Position numbers and translations under genes: made by a program. Under the pieces are notes generated by a model. The model searched no databases and was not told where the DNA came from. It saw only the letters and a program-made list of their open reading frames with translations. From Acidimicrobiales bacterium (GTDB lineage Bacteria; Actinomycetota; Acidimicrobiia; Acidimicrobiales; Bin134), in contig OZ242339.1 of the NCBI GenBank assembly GCA_965208505.1, positions 2,523,162 to 2,587,161 on the forward strand: 64,000 bases of DNA. Reading direction: 5' to 3'. Of the stretch, positions 46,715 through 55,829 are shown one piece after another. Numbering within the stretch: position 1 is the stretch's first letter; the number at the start of each line of letters is the position of its first letter.

Positions 46715-46718
46715 TCTC

Positions 46719-47348
46719 TTAGATGCCGGGGGCGTGGCGGGTGAGGACTCGTAGGGAGCCGGTGGCGGGGAGTTCGGCGAAGGCGCCGGAATCCATGGCC
46801 CGGCAGTAGATCTCGTAGGGGGGGCGGCCGCCGTCTGCCGGGTTGGGGAACACATCGTGGATGGCCAGGCGGCCGCCTATGGCCACGTGGGGCACCCAGT
46901 TCTCATAGTCGGTGTGGGCCGGCTCGGTGCCGTGGCCTCCGTCGATAAACAAGAAGGCCAGCGGGGTGGACCAGTTTTGGGCAATGGGCACCGAGTCGCC
47001 CACCAGCGCCACTACGCTCTGCTCCAACCCAGCCTGGTAGACGGTGCGACGGAAGTGGGGCAGGGTGTCGATGAGGCCGACCTCAGGGTCCACCAAGTCG
47101 GGCTCGTGCCATTCCCAACCCGGCTGGTTCTCCTCCGAGCCCCGGTGATGGTCGAGGGCGAACAGCACCCTGCCTTGGGAGTGGGCGGCGTCGCCCAGAT
47201 ACACCGAAGACTTGCCGCAATAGCTGCCCACCTCAAGCAGCGGGCCGTCTACGGCTAGGTCACAGGCCGCCTGGTGCAGAGCCAATCCCTCGTTTGGGGG
47301 CATGAACCCCCGGGCCGCCTCAGCGAACGCCAGTCGAGTGGGATCCAT
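46719..47348 (-). CDS. class I SAM-dependent methyltransferase (Methyltransf_24-like)
   Basis: 'LLEVGSYCGKSSVYL' motif I, 'FLFIDGGH' and 'GGRLAIHDV'. An alternative start is at 47303. Confidence 0.75.
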   Translation of the reverse strand: MDPTRLAFAEAARGFMPPNEGLALHQAACDLAVDGPLLEVGSYCGKSSVYLGDAAHSQGRVLFALDHHRGSEENQPGWEWHEPDLVDPEVGLIDTLPHFRRTVYQAGLEQSVVALVGDSVPIAQNWSTPLAFLFIDGGHGTEPAHTDYENWVPHVAIGGRLAIHDVFPNPADGGRPPYEIYCRAMDSGAFAELPATGSLRVLTRHAPGI

Positions 47349-47817
47349 CGTCGGCCATCTCCTGGTTTGGCTCGGACGGGCCGCCGTCCTCCAGCGGGGT
47401 GCCGAACAGGTACCGGTCGCACACCGCGTACTTCACCAGCCACACCGTGCCAAAGGCCCCCACCGAAGCTGCGGAGATGAACCAGCCGTTGTTGGTCACC
47501 GCGTCGACCAAGCCCACGGTGAGCGACGAAAGAGCCAGCCCGGCCAACGAGACCAGCCAGAAGGGCAGCACCTCGCGGCCCCACCGGCTACGGCCGTAGC
47601 GGTCCCACACCCACGAGCGGTTCAGGTGGTACACGGGGATGTTCGCGATCAAAAACGCCACCAAGTTGGAAACCAACCCCGACCAGCCGAACAGGTCGTA
47701 GCACACTCGCAGAATGGTCTGGCCCAGCACCACCCCCACGGCCGATGTTCCGCCGTAGCGCAGCAGGCGCGGCCAGTTGTCCATGACGTGGGCGCGGACC
47801 AAGACAAGGAGTGACAT
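47320..47817 (-). CDS. GtrA-family membrane protein
   Basis: About 165 aa with four hydrophobic segments and 'LLRYGGTSAVGVVL...NIPVYHLNRSWVW'. ATG 47817 is preferred over the ORF-track 47904. Confidence 0.7.
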   Translation of the reverse strand: MSLLVLVRAHVMDNWPRLLRYGGTSAVGVVLGQTILRVCYDLFGWSGLVSNLVAFLIANIPVYHLNRSWVWDRYGRSRWGREVLPFWLVSLAGLALSSLTVGLVDAVTNNGWFISAASVGAFGTVWLVKYAVCDRYLFGTPLEDGGPSEPNQEMADDGSHSTGVR

Positions 47818-47923
47818 GGGGGCAATAAGCGTAGCCCAGCGCCTGCGGGATTCGTCATAGCTGAACCGGACCCTCGGCTGAGCAGCAAGGAGGGATCGGG
47901 GCAAACGGTAGGATCAGGCGGTC

Positions 47924-48769
47924 ATGCAGGCAGAGGTAGACGATCTCATCAAGCTGCTGGATCTGGAGCCCATCGAGGAGGACATCTTCCGGGCCATCAG
48001 CCCCCAAGAGGATCGCCAGCGGGTGTTCGGCGGGCAAGTGGCAGGCCAGGCCCTGGTGGCCGCCACTCGCACGGTTGAGGATCGCTCGGTCCACAGCCTC
48101 CAGGCCTACTTCATCCGGCCCGGCGATGTGGCTGCCCCCCTGGTGTATCTGGTGGAGCGGGTGCGCGACGGGCGCTCGTTCACCACCCGCCGGGTGACCG
48201 CCATCCAACACGGCCAGCCCATCTTCGCCATGTCGGCCTCCTTCCACAAAGAAGAGGAGGGGTTCGAGCACCAAACCGACCTGCCTGCGGGCATTCCCGA
48301 TCCCGAAGACCTGGAGCCGTTTGTGTGGGAGGGGTTTCCAGTGGATGACGAGGGCCGAATGGTCCGCCCCATCGAGCTGCGCTACGTGACAGGTTCGCCC
48401 GCGGAGCGAGGCCAGAGCCGAGAGCCCCGCTTGCAGGTGTGGCTGCGGGCCACCGGCACGCTGCCGGCCAACCCGGTACTGCACACCTGCATGTTCACCT
48501 ACGCCAGCGACATGACGGTGCTGGACACCGCCACCAAGGCACTTCCAGTGCAGGGCAACGAGATCGACATCCAAGCGGCCAGCCTGGACCACGCCATGTG
48601 GTTCCACCGCCCGCTACGCATGGACGACTGGATCTTCTTGGACCAGGTGTCCAACTCGGCCTCCAACGCCCGGGGTTTGGCTTGGGGCACGGCGTGGAAC
48701 CGCACTGGCGAGTTGGTGGCCTCAGTGGTTCAGGAGGGCTTGATCCGGCCGCTGAGAAAGCAGCCATGA
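47924..48769 (+). CDS. tesB: acyl-CoA thioesterase II
   Basis: 281 aa. 'FGGQVAGQALVAATRTV', 'SLQAYFIRPGD' and 'RDGRSFTTRRV' double hot-dog TesB pattern. Confidence 0.88.
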   Translation: MQAEVDDLIKLLDLEPIEEDIFRAISPQEDRQRVFGGQVAGQALVAATRTVEDRSVHSLQAYFIRPGDVAAPLVYLVERVRDGRSFTTRRVTAIQHGQPIFAMSASFHKEEEGFEHQTDLPAGIPDPEDLEPFVWEGFPVDDEGRMVRPIELRYVTGSPAERGQSREPRLQVWLRATGTLPANPVLHTCMFTYASDMTVLDTATKALPVQGNEIDIQAASLDHAMWFHRPLRMDDWIFLDQVSNSASNARGLAWGTAWNRTGELVASVVQEGLIRPLRKQP

Positions 48770-50112
48770 GCATTGTTGGGCGACTGCTGGCGGTGATCGC
48801 CGCGGTCTTCCTGCTGGCCACTGCCTGCGGGGGCGACACCGGCAACGACGTACGCGTTCTCACGCCTTCAGGCACAGCGACGGCCTCAGGCAGTTCCACC
48901 TCCGGCTCGGACCCCGAACGCCCCACGCACAGCCCCACGACTCCCCCCAAACCCAACCCCACGCCCGCGGAGCGCGCCGATGTTGCTCCCACAGCCGAAC
49001 CCATCCCCGAACAGAACGGGAACGACATCGCCACCCAGCCCGAGCCATCACTAGTGCTGACTCCGGTGGTGTCGTTGCCCGACCCCATAGCCCTGGTGGC
49101 CCGACCGGGTACTGGCAGCGGCACGGGAGATCTATACGTGGCCACCCGGGCTGGAATGGTGTGGTTGCTCAGTGCTGACGACGACGAGCCTCCCGAATTG
49201 GTGTTGGACATCGGCGAACTCACCACCATCACCAATTGTGAGGACGGGCTGCTGGGCGTTGCTTTCTCCCCCGACGGCTCGAGCCTCTACGTCCACTACA
49301 CGAACCTGAGCGGCGACAACCAGATCGTGGAGTACCCCATGAGCGGGCAACGGGTCCGAGGCGACCAAGGCCGGGTGGTCCTGAGCGTGGACCAGCCGTT
49401 CTGCAACCACAATGGTGGCCATATCGCCTTTGGACCCGACGGCTACCTGTGGCTTGGCTTCGGCGACGGAGGTGGGGCCAACGACCAGTTCGGCCACGGG
49501 CAGAATTTGGACAGCCTGTTGGCCACAATCGTCCGCATCGATCCTGAGCCCGACGACGAGGCCGACTACGCCGTTCCCGCCGGCAACCCGTTTGCTGCCG
49601 GAGGGGCGCGACCTGAGATCTGGGCCTACGGAGCCCGCAACCCGTGGCGGTTCTCGTTCGACCGGGCCACCGGCGACCTGTGGATCGCTGATGTGGGCCA
49701 GAACGACTGGGAGGAGATCCACGTTCTGCGGGCCGCCGACGACTGGGTGCCGGGGGCCAACTTGGGCTGGCCGCTTTACGAGGGCAACGAGCGGTTCTCC
49801 GGTTCCGCCACCCCCGACGATCTGGTGTTCCCCGTCCATGTGTACGACCACGACCTGGGCTGCTCGGTCACCGGCGGCCATGTGTACCGGGGCTCGGCCA
49901 TTGCCCACTTGGCGGGTGCTTACGTGTTCGGCGACTACTGCGCCGGTCGCCTGTGGGCGCTGACCATTGACGACCAGGGAGTGGAAACCCGAGTGGAGCT
50001 TGGCCTGTCGGTGCCGCAGGTCACGCTGGTGTCGTTCGGCGAGGACGCCTCCGGTGAGATCTACGTGCTCAGCTTCGACGACACCGTGTACCGCCTGGAG
50101 CTTGCCTCCTAG
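48766..50112 (+). CDS. PQQ-dependent sugar dehydrogenase-like beta-propeller lipoprotein
   Basis: ATGA overlap with tesB. Lipobox 'LATAC', a Pro/Thr-rich linker, then 'HNGGHIAFGPDGYLWLGFGDGG', 'YGARNPWRFSFD' and 'WIADVGQNDWEEI'. Confidence 0.8.
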   Translation: MSIVGRLLAVIAAVFLLATACGGDTGNDVRVLTPSGTATASGSSTSGSDPERPTHSPTTPPKPNPTPAERADVAPTAEPIPEQNGNDIATQPEPSLVLTPVVSLPDPIALVARPGTGSGTGDLYVATRAGMVWLLSADDDEPPELVLDIGELTTITNCEDGLLGVAFSPDGSSLYVHYTNLSGDNQIVEYPMSGQRVRGDQGRVVLSVDQPFCNHNGGHIAFGPDGYLWLGFGDGGGANDQFGHGQNLDSLLATIVRIDPEPDDEADYAVPAGNPFAAGGARPEIWAYGARNPWRFSFDRATGDLWIADVGQNDWEEIHVLRAADDWVPGANLGWPLYEGNERFSGSATPDDLVFPVHVYDHDLGCSVTGGHVYRGSAIAHLAGAYVFGDYCAGRLWALTIDDQGVETRVELGLSVPQVTLVSFGEDASGEIYVLSFDDTVYRLELAS

Positions 50113-50115
50113 CCT

Positions 50116-51048
50116 CTAGCCGGCTTCGTACCAGCCAGAGGCGATCAAGATGTCGTCTCGCTTCAAGATCCAGGTGTGCTTGGTCTCCTGGTTGCCGCTT
50201 TGGGGGTTGAGGTAGGTGTAGTCCACCCACTTGCCCGTCTCGGTGGCGGTAACCATCTCCTCGGCGGCTTGGCGGCCCTCGGGGGTGGCACCGAGAATCT
50301 CGAGAAGGGTCATACCCACGTTCTCCGGAACCGTGGGATAGGCCAGCACCACGCCATTGAGGTCGACCGCGAACCCATACCACTGGCCGTCCACGCTGGG
50401 GGGATCAGTGCTGTCGGGGGAATTCAAATGGTCGATCAGGGCACCGCGCCCGTTGCTCTCATAGAACCACACCGCATCTTCGACGAATGTGCGGGTGTAG
50501 GAGCCGGGCTCAGCTTTGGTGGGCCGGGGGATGGGATAGGAGTCCTCGTACCAGCCCGAGACGAAAACCAAGTTGTCCCGGCGGATGGCCCATGTGTGCT
50601 TGGTGCCGCCGGTGTCGGTTTGCGGGTTGTAGAACACATAGTCCACCCAGTGGCCCGACTCGGGCGAAGCCTTCAGCAGCGGACCATAGACGTGGCCGGT
50701 TATGTCCACATTGTCGCCCGAGTTGGTGCCCACCCGGGAGGGAATGGTGGCGTGGGCCGCAAGAACGCCCGTGTCGGCATCCATGATGAACAGGTACCAC
50801 TGGTCGTCGGCGCCGGCCTCGTTGTTGTAGTAGTCGATAGTGGCTTGGGCACCGGTTTCGTCGTACCGATCCAATGCCTGCTGCACATACCACTTGGTGT
50901 ATGCGTCCCGCTCGGTCTTGGGGGGCGGTGCTGTTGTGCCATCGTCATCGCTGCCGCACGCCGCGGCCAACAGGCTGAACACCAGCAACAACGCCACCGC
51001 AGCGATGATTGCCCGAATCCGGCGAGTAACCACGCTATGAGCCATCAT
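50116..51048 (-). CDS. lipoprotein with two Cache-like sensor modules
   Basis: Lipobox 'LAAAC'. Internal duplication ('WYLFIMD...HVYGP...WVDYVFYNPQTDTGGTKHTWAIRRDNLVFVSGWYE' vs 'WYGFAVD...WVDYTYLNPQSGNQETKHTWILKRDDILIASGWYE'). Confidence 0.7.
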   Translation of the reverse strand: MMAHSVVTRRIRAIIAAVALLLVFSLLAAACGSDDDGTTAPPPKTERDAYTKWYVQQALDRYDETGAQATIDYYNNEAGADDQWYLFIMDADTGVLAAHATIPSRVGTNSGDNVDITGHVYGPLLKASPESGHWVDYVFYNPQTDTGGTKHTWAIRRDNLVFVSGWYEDSYPIPRPTKAEPGSYTRTFVEDAVWFYESNGRGALIDHLNSPDSTDPPSVDGQWYGFAVDLNGVVLAYPTVPENVGMTLLEILGATPEGRQAAEEMVTATETGKWVDYTYLNPQSGNQETKHTWILKRDDILIASGWYEAG

Positions 51049-51054
51049 GTTCCT

Positions 51055-52725
51055 ATGAGAATGAGCGGGGGCGAGGCCTTAGTCAAATCGCTGGTGGGCG
51101 AGGGCGTCGAGGTTGTGTTCGGTATCCCCGGCATCCAGCTCTATGGGATTGTGGCCGCGTTGCGAGACGAACCCGGCATCGAGATGGTTACCACCCGTCA
51201 CGAACAGGCCGCCACCTACATGGCCTACGGATACGCCCGAGCGTCGGGCAGGCCCGGAGTGGCGTTGGTGGTGCCCGGTGTGGGTGTCTACAACGCGGCG
51301 GCGGGGTTGGCCACCGCCTATGCCCGCTCGTGCCCGGTGCTGCTGATAGCGGGACAGATTCCCCGAGGCCAGTTGGGCAAGAACCTCGGCGGCGTCCACG
51401 AGATCGAAGACCAGGTCGACATCGTGAAGCCCATCACCAAATGGCGACAGCAAGCCCTCACACCGCAAGCGATGCCGGGGGCCGTCACCGAGGCGTTCCG
51501 ACAGATGCGAACTGGTCGTCCCCGCCCGGTTTACCTCGAAGTCCCTCCCGATGCTGGGGTGGAGCGAGACGACGTCGAATTGCGGGGGCCTGCTCCCATT
51601 TCACGAATTATGCCCAGTTCGGAGCAATTGGAAGAAGCGGCCTCGGCCATCGCACAATCCCAACTCCCTTTGATCGTTGCCGGCGGCGGAGTGGCGCTGT
51701 CAGGCGCTGAGCAAGCACTCCTTGGGTTGGTCGAAGCATCCAACATCCCGGTGATTACTTCGGGGGGCGGCAAAGGGGCCATTCCCGACAGCCATCGGTT
51801 GTGCTACGGCTCATGCGTCAGCCCTGGCGGTGAGCGCCACGAGATGAATCAGTTGCTCGACGTCATGAAATCCGCTGATGTGGTCATCGGCATAGGAACA
51901 CGCTTTTCTCTGGGCAACCCTGCCGGGGAGCCGTCCACGCTGGTGAACATCAATATCGACGACTTCGACCTCACCCGGATACAAACCAACACCATCCCCC
52001 TGCACGGCGATGCCAAAGCGACCATCGACGCTTTGCTGCCGCTGCTCATCGAGGCCGGGTGCCGGGACCGCCCGTCTCCTGCTGAGGCCGTGGCCGCGGC
52101 CCGCCGGCTGATTTCCTACTACGACATCAGAGACAAGGAGCCGCAGTACCCCATCTTGGAGGCGCTGCAACGGGGCACTCCCGATGACGCATTCACCGTG
52201 TGGGACGTGACCCAGTTCGGCTTCTACTCCCGCACCCACTGGCAGGTGAACCAGCCGAACACCTACATCGACTCGGGCTACTCGTTCAATCTGGGCTACG
52301 CCTTCCCGACTGCTCTGGGAGCAAAGATGGCCCGACCAGATCGCCCGGTGGTGTGCGTCACCGGCGACGGCAGCTTCATGTTCAACTCCTCTGAGCTGTC
52401 GACCGCGCTCAAGTACGGAATCAACGTGGTCACCGTGGTCTTCAGAGACGATGCCTACGGCAACGTGGCCCGCGACCTCGACGACTTCTTTGCCGGCACT
52501 TACGGCACCGACTTGGCCAACCCCGATTTCGTTAAGTTCGCCCAGTCGTTCGGCGCCATCGCCATGAGGGCCAACGACCCCATGGACCTCGAAACCCTGG
52601 TCCCGGCGGCATTGGAGCAACAAGCACCGGTCGTCATCGATGTACCCATCAGCCACATTCCACTGACCCGCCCCAAGCAGATCGAGCATGTGCCCAAACT
52701 GCCCTGGGCCCATCCCCAAGATTGA
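51055..52725 (+). CDS. thiamine-diphosphate-binding enzyme (acetolactate synthase-like family)
   Basis: 'GGEALVKSLVGEGVEVVFGIPG', 'TRHEQAATYMAYGYARASG' and 'TGDGSFMFNSSELSTALKYGINVVTVVFRDDAYGN'. Start is ATG 51055 or 51061; the ORF-track start at 50176 is antisense to the Cache gene. Confidence 0.85.
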   Translation: MRMSGGEALVKSLVGEGVEVVFGIPGIQLYGIVAALRDEPGIEMVTTRHEQAATYMAYGYARASGRPGVALVVPGVGVYNAAAGLATAYARSCPVLLIAGQIPRGQLGKNLGGVHEIEDQVDIVKPITKWRQQALTPQAMPGAVTEAFRQMRTGRPRPVYLEVPPDAGVERDDVELRGPAPISRIMPSSEQLEEAASAIAQSQLPLIVAGGGVALSGAEQALLGLVEASNIPVITSGGGKGAIPDSHRLCYGSCVSPGGERHEMNQLLDVMKSADVVIGIGTRFSLGNPAGEPSTLVNINIDDFDLTRIQTNTIPLHGDAKATIDALLPLLIEAGCRDRPSPAEAVAAARRLISYYDIRDKEPQYPILEALQRGTPDDAFTVWDVTQFGFYSRTHWQVNQPNTYIDSGYSFNLGYAFPTALGAKMARPDRPVVCVTGDGSFMFNSSELSTALKYGINVVTVVFRDDAYGNVARDLDDFFAGTYGTDLANPDFVKFAQSFGAIAMRANDPMDLETLVPAALEQQAPVVIDVPISHIPLTRPKQIEHVPKLPWAHPQD

Positions 52726-52740
52726 TTGATCTCGCCTTTA

Positions 52741-54240
52741 CTAGTGGGCGTAGAGCCTTAGGTTTAGCCAGGCGTCGTCGGCGAGGGTTAGGAGGGGTTC
52801 GGGGTAGATGCCGAAGGCCAGGGTGAACAGCACCACGATGGTGATGGCCACCGCAGGGCCTCTTGGGATGTGCAAGCGGGGGGCGTCGGGGTCGGGGGCG
52901 TCTAGGAACATGGCCACCACGATCCGCAGGTACAAGAAGGCGGCTACCACTGCGGCCAGCATGGCGATGACCGCCAGCCAGAAGGAGCGGGCGTCTACCG
53001 CCGCGGCGATCACCTCGAACTTGGCCCAGAACCCGGCGGTGAACGGAATGCCGGCCTGCGATAACAGCAGCACGGTGAAGGCCGCGGCCAAAAGCGGGCG
53101 GCGGGAGGCCAGGCCCCGGAGGTTGTCGAGGGCAGTGCCCTCGTCGCCGGGGCCGCTCACCACGGTGACCACCGCGAAGCTGCCGATGGCCATGGCCGCG
53201 TAGGCGGCCAGGTAGAACAGCACGCTGGAGACGCCGTCGTCGGTGGCGGCCTGCACGCCGACGAGGATGAACCCGGCATGGCTGATCGACGAGTAGGCCA
53301 GGATGCGCTTGACGTCGGTCTGGACGATGGCCATAAGCGAGCCAACCGCCAAGCTGGCGATGGCCAGGCCGAACACCACCGGCTGCCAGTCGTCGGCCAC
53401 CTCGCCGAAGCCGGCGAAGAAGACCCGAAGCAGGGCGGCGAACCCAGCCGCCTTCACCCCGGCGGCCATGTACGACACCACCGGTGAGGGCGCCCCCTGG
53501 TACACGTCGGGGGTCCAGGCGTGGAACGGCACGGCGGCCACCTTGAAGCCGAACCCCACTAGCAGCATGGCCATCCCGGCTAGGAGCAGGCCGTTGTCGC
53601 TAAGGCTGTCGTTCCCCAGAATGTTCTCGATGTCGGCCAGGTTGAGCGATCCGGTGGCCCCGTACACCAGGGCGATGCCGTAGAGCAAAAACGCCGACGC
53701 GAACGCCCCCAGCAAGAAGTACTTGATGCCCGCCTCCTGCGACTCGGCTCGGCGCAGGTGCATGGCCACCAGCACGTACACCGCCAGCGACAGGATCTCC
53801 AGGCCCAAGAACAGCACGATGAGGTTGTTGGCCGAGGCCATGGTGATGCCGCCGGTGGCCGACAGCATCAACAGCACGTAGAACGCGGGACCGTCGAGGC
53901 TCTCCCGGCGCAAGAACCCGTCGGCCACCAGGGCGGTGAGCACCACGGTGCAGGCCAGCAGCACGATGATGAACACCGAGAACCCGTCCACCCCGATGGA
54001 ACCGGCAACAACAGAATGGGGGCCCCATTGCCAAGCCCGGATCCACACCGGAATGGCGGTGGCCAGCACCGCCAAACCTGCGGCCACCGTCCAGGCCGCC
54101 GGGAACCACTTCGGCAGCCACCGACCGGCCACCGACACAATGGTCAACAGCACCACCGCGGCCCCCGCCATCACCAGATGGGGGATGAGCGGCAGCCACT
54201 GGATATCCGGGATGTCGGCCTGGGCGAAGATCGAGAGCAT
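52741..54240 (-). CDS. nuoN: NADH-quinone oxidoreductase subunit N
   Basis: 499-aa polytopic antiporter-like subunit, last gene of the nuo string. Confidence 0.9.
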   Translation of the reverse strand: MLSIFAQADIPDIQWLPLIPHLVMAGAAVVLLTIVSVAGRWLPKWFPAAWTVAAGLAVLATAIPVWIRAWQWGPHSVVAGSIGVDGFSVFIIVLLACTVVLTALVADGFLRRESLDGPAFYVLLMLSATGGITMASANNLIVLFLGLEILSLAVYVLVAMHLRRAESQEAGIKYFLLGAFASAFLLYGIALVYGATGSLNLADIENILGNDSLSDNGLLLAGMAMLLVGFGFKVAAVPFHAWTPDVYQGAPSPVVSYMAAGVKAAGFAALLRVFFAGFGEVADDWQPVVFGLAIASLAVGSLMAIVQTDVKRILAYSSISHAGFILVGVQAATDDGVSSVLFYLAAYAAMAIGSFAVVTVVSGPGDEGTALDNLRGLASRRPLLAAAFTVLLLSQAGIPFTAGFWAKFEVIAAAVDARSFWLAVIAMLAAVVAAFLYLRIVVAMFLDAPDPDAPRLHIPRGPAVAITIVVLFTLAFGIYPEPLLTLADDAWLNLRLYAH

Positions 54241-55829
54241 CAGTGGCCCTCCCCCTCGTCGCCGCCGTAGTCATCGGTGAGGGTGCGGAGCTCTTCGAAG
54301 CTGCCCTCGGACCGGTCATCCACGGTGGGCGACTCGAACCCCTCTACTTGTTCCATGTGCTCTATGAGCGCGTTGACGGCGGGCTCCATCCGCTCGATCA
54401 CCGGCTTGGGGTACACCCCCAGAAACACGATGAGCCCCACCAGCGGCACCATGACCAGCTTTTCCTGCCAGTTGAGGTCGGGCATCGACCGGTTGGCGTC
54501 GTCGGGGGTGCCGTGGAACACCCGCTGGTAAGCCCACAGCAGATAGAGCGCAGCCAGGATGACGCCGGCGGCGGCCACCACCGCCCACCAGCGGTGGGCC
54601 ACGAAGGCCCCGGCCAAGATCAAGAACTCGCCCACGAAGCCATTGAGGCCGGGCAGGCCCACCGACGACAACATCACCACGGTAAACACCGCGGCCAGCA
54701 CCGGGGCGGCCTTTTGGAGCCCGATCATCTCGGAGATCTGGCGGGTGTGGCGGCGCTCGTAGATGAACCCCACCAATAGGAACAGCGCCCCGGTGGAAAG
54801 GCCGTGGTTGACCATCTGGAGCAGTCCGCCCTCGATGCCCTCGGTGTTGATGGAGAAGATGCCCAGCACAATGAAGCCCAGGTGGGCAACAGAGGAGTAG
54901 GCCACCAGGCGTTTCAAGTCGCGCTGCATGGTGGCCACCACCGCGCCGTACAAAATGCCGATAACTCCCAAGGTGAACAGCAGCGGAGCAAAGTAGCGGG
55001 ACGCTTCGGGGAATAGATACAGGCCGAAGCGGACCAGCCCGTAGGTGCCCAGTTTGAGCATGACGCCGGCCAAAATCACCGACCCAGCGGTGGGGGCCTC
55101 GGTGTGGGCGTCGGGCAGCCAGGTGTGGACCGGGAATATGGGCACCTTCACCGCGAAGGCCAGGGCGAAAGACAGGAATATCCAGCGGGCGGTGATGGTG
55201 GGCAGTTCGCCCACACTGTTGGCCAACTCCAGCAGGTTGAACGTGACCACTCCGCCGGTTTCACGAGCGGCAAGCAGCGCCAAGGTCAGCATCCCCACCA
55301 GCATGAGGGCCGAGCCCAGCATGGTGAACAAGAAGAACTTGGTGGCCGCATACTTGCGGTTCTCGTGGCCCCACGAGCCGATGAGGAAGTACATGGGGAT
55401 CAGCACGACCTCGAAGAACAAGAAGAACAGCACCAGATCGAGCGACAGGAACACCCCTAAGCAGCCGGTTTCCAGCACCAGCAGCCAGATGTAATAAGCC
55501 TTGGCGTCATGGGGCGGGTCGCAGGCCACGATGGCCAGGGGGAACAGCACCCCGGTGAGCACCACCAAGAACAGCGAGATGCCGTCCACGCCAACGTGCC
55601 AGGAGATGCCCGCTGAGCCGATCCACTCGGTGAGCTGGGTGAACTGGAAGTCGCCATCGTTCTTATCGAAAGCGGCCATCAGCCACAGGGTGAGCGCACC
55701 GGTTGCCGCCGATGTGGCCACCGCCACCGGCTTGAGAGCGGTCAGGCGAGAGGGGGCAATGAGCGCGATGGCCGCGGCACCCACCAGGGGCAAGAAGATG
55801 ATGACCGGCAAGACCATCGAGCCGTCCAT
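54240..55829 (-). CDS. nuoM: NADH-quinone oxidoreductase subunit M
   Basis: 529-aa antiporter-like subunit ('HTWLPDAHTEAPTAGSVILAGV'). Confidence 0.9.
   Translation of the reverse strand: MDGSMVLPVIIFLPLVGAAAIALIAPSRLTALKPVAVATSAATGALTLWLMAAFDKNDGDFQFTQLTEWIGSAGISWHVGVDGISLFLVVLTGVLFPLAIVACDPPHDAKAYYIWLLVLETGCLGVFLSLDLVLFFLFFEVVLIPMYFLIGSWGHENRKYAATKFFLFTMLGSALMLVGMLTLALLAARETGGVVTFNLLELANSVGELPTITARWIFLSFALAFAVKVPIFPVHTWLPDAHTEAPTAGSVILAGVMLKLGTYGLVRFGLYLFPEASRYFAPLLFTLGVIGILYGAVVATMQRDLKRLVAYSSVAHLGFIVLGIFSINTEGIEGGLLQMVNHGLSTGALFLLVGFIYERRHTRQISEMIGLQKAAPVLAAVFTVVMLSSVGLPGLNGFVGEFLILAGAFVAHRWWAVVAAAGVILAALYLLWAYQRVFHGTPDDANRSMPDLNWQEKLVMVPLVGLIVFLGVYPKPVIERMEPAVNALIEHMEQVEGFESPTVDDRSEGSFEELRTLTDDYGGDEGEGH

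Noticed and set aside
50176-52725. 849-aa version of the ThDP enzyme
   Set aside because: The first ~290 codons are antisense to the Cache lipoprotein gene and lack any ThDP-enzyme similarity. Similarity starts at 'GGEALVKSLV' just after ATG 51055/51061.
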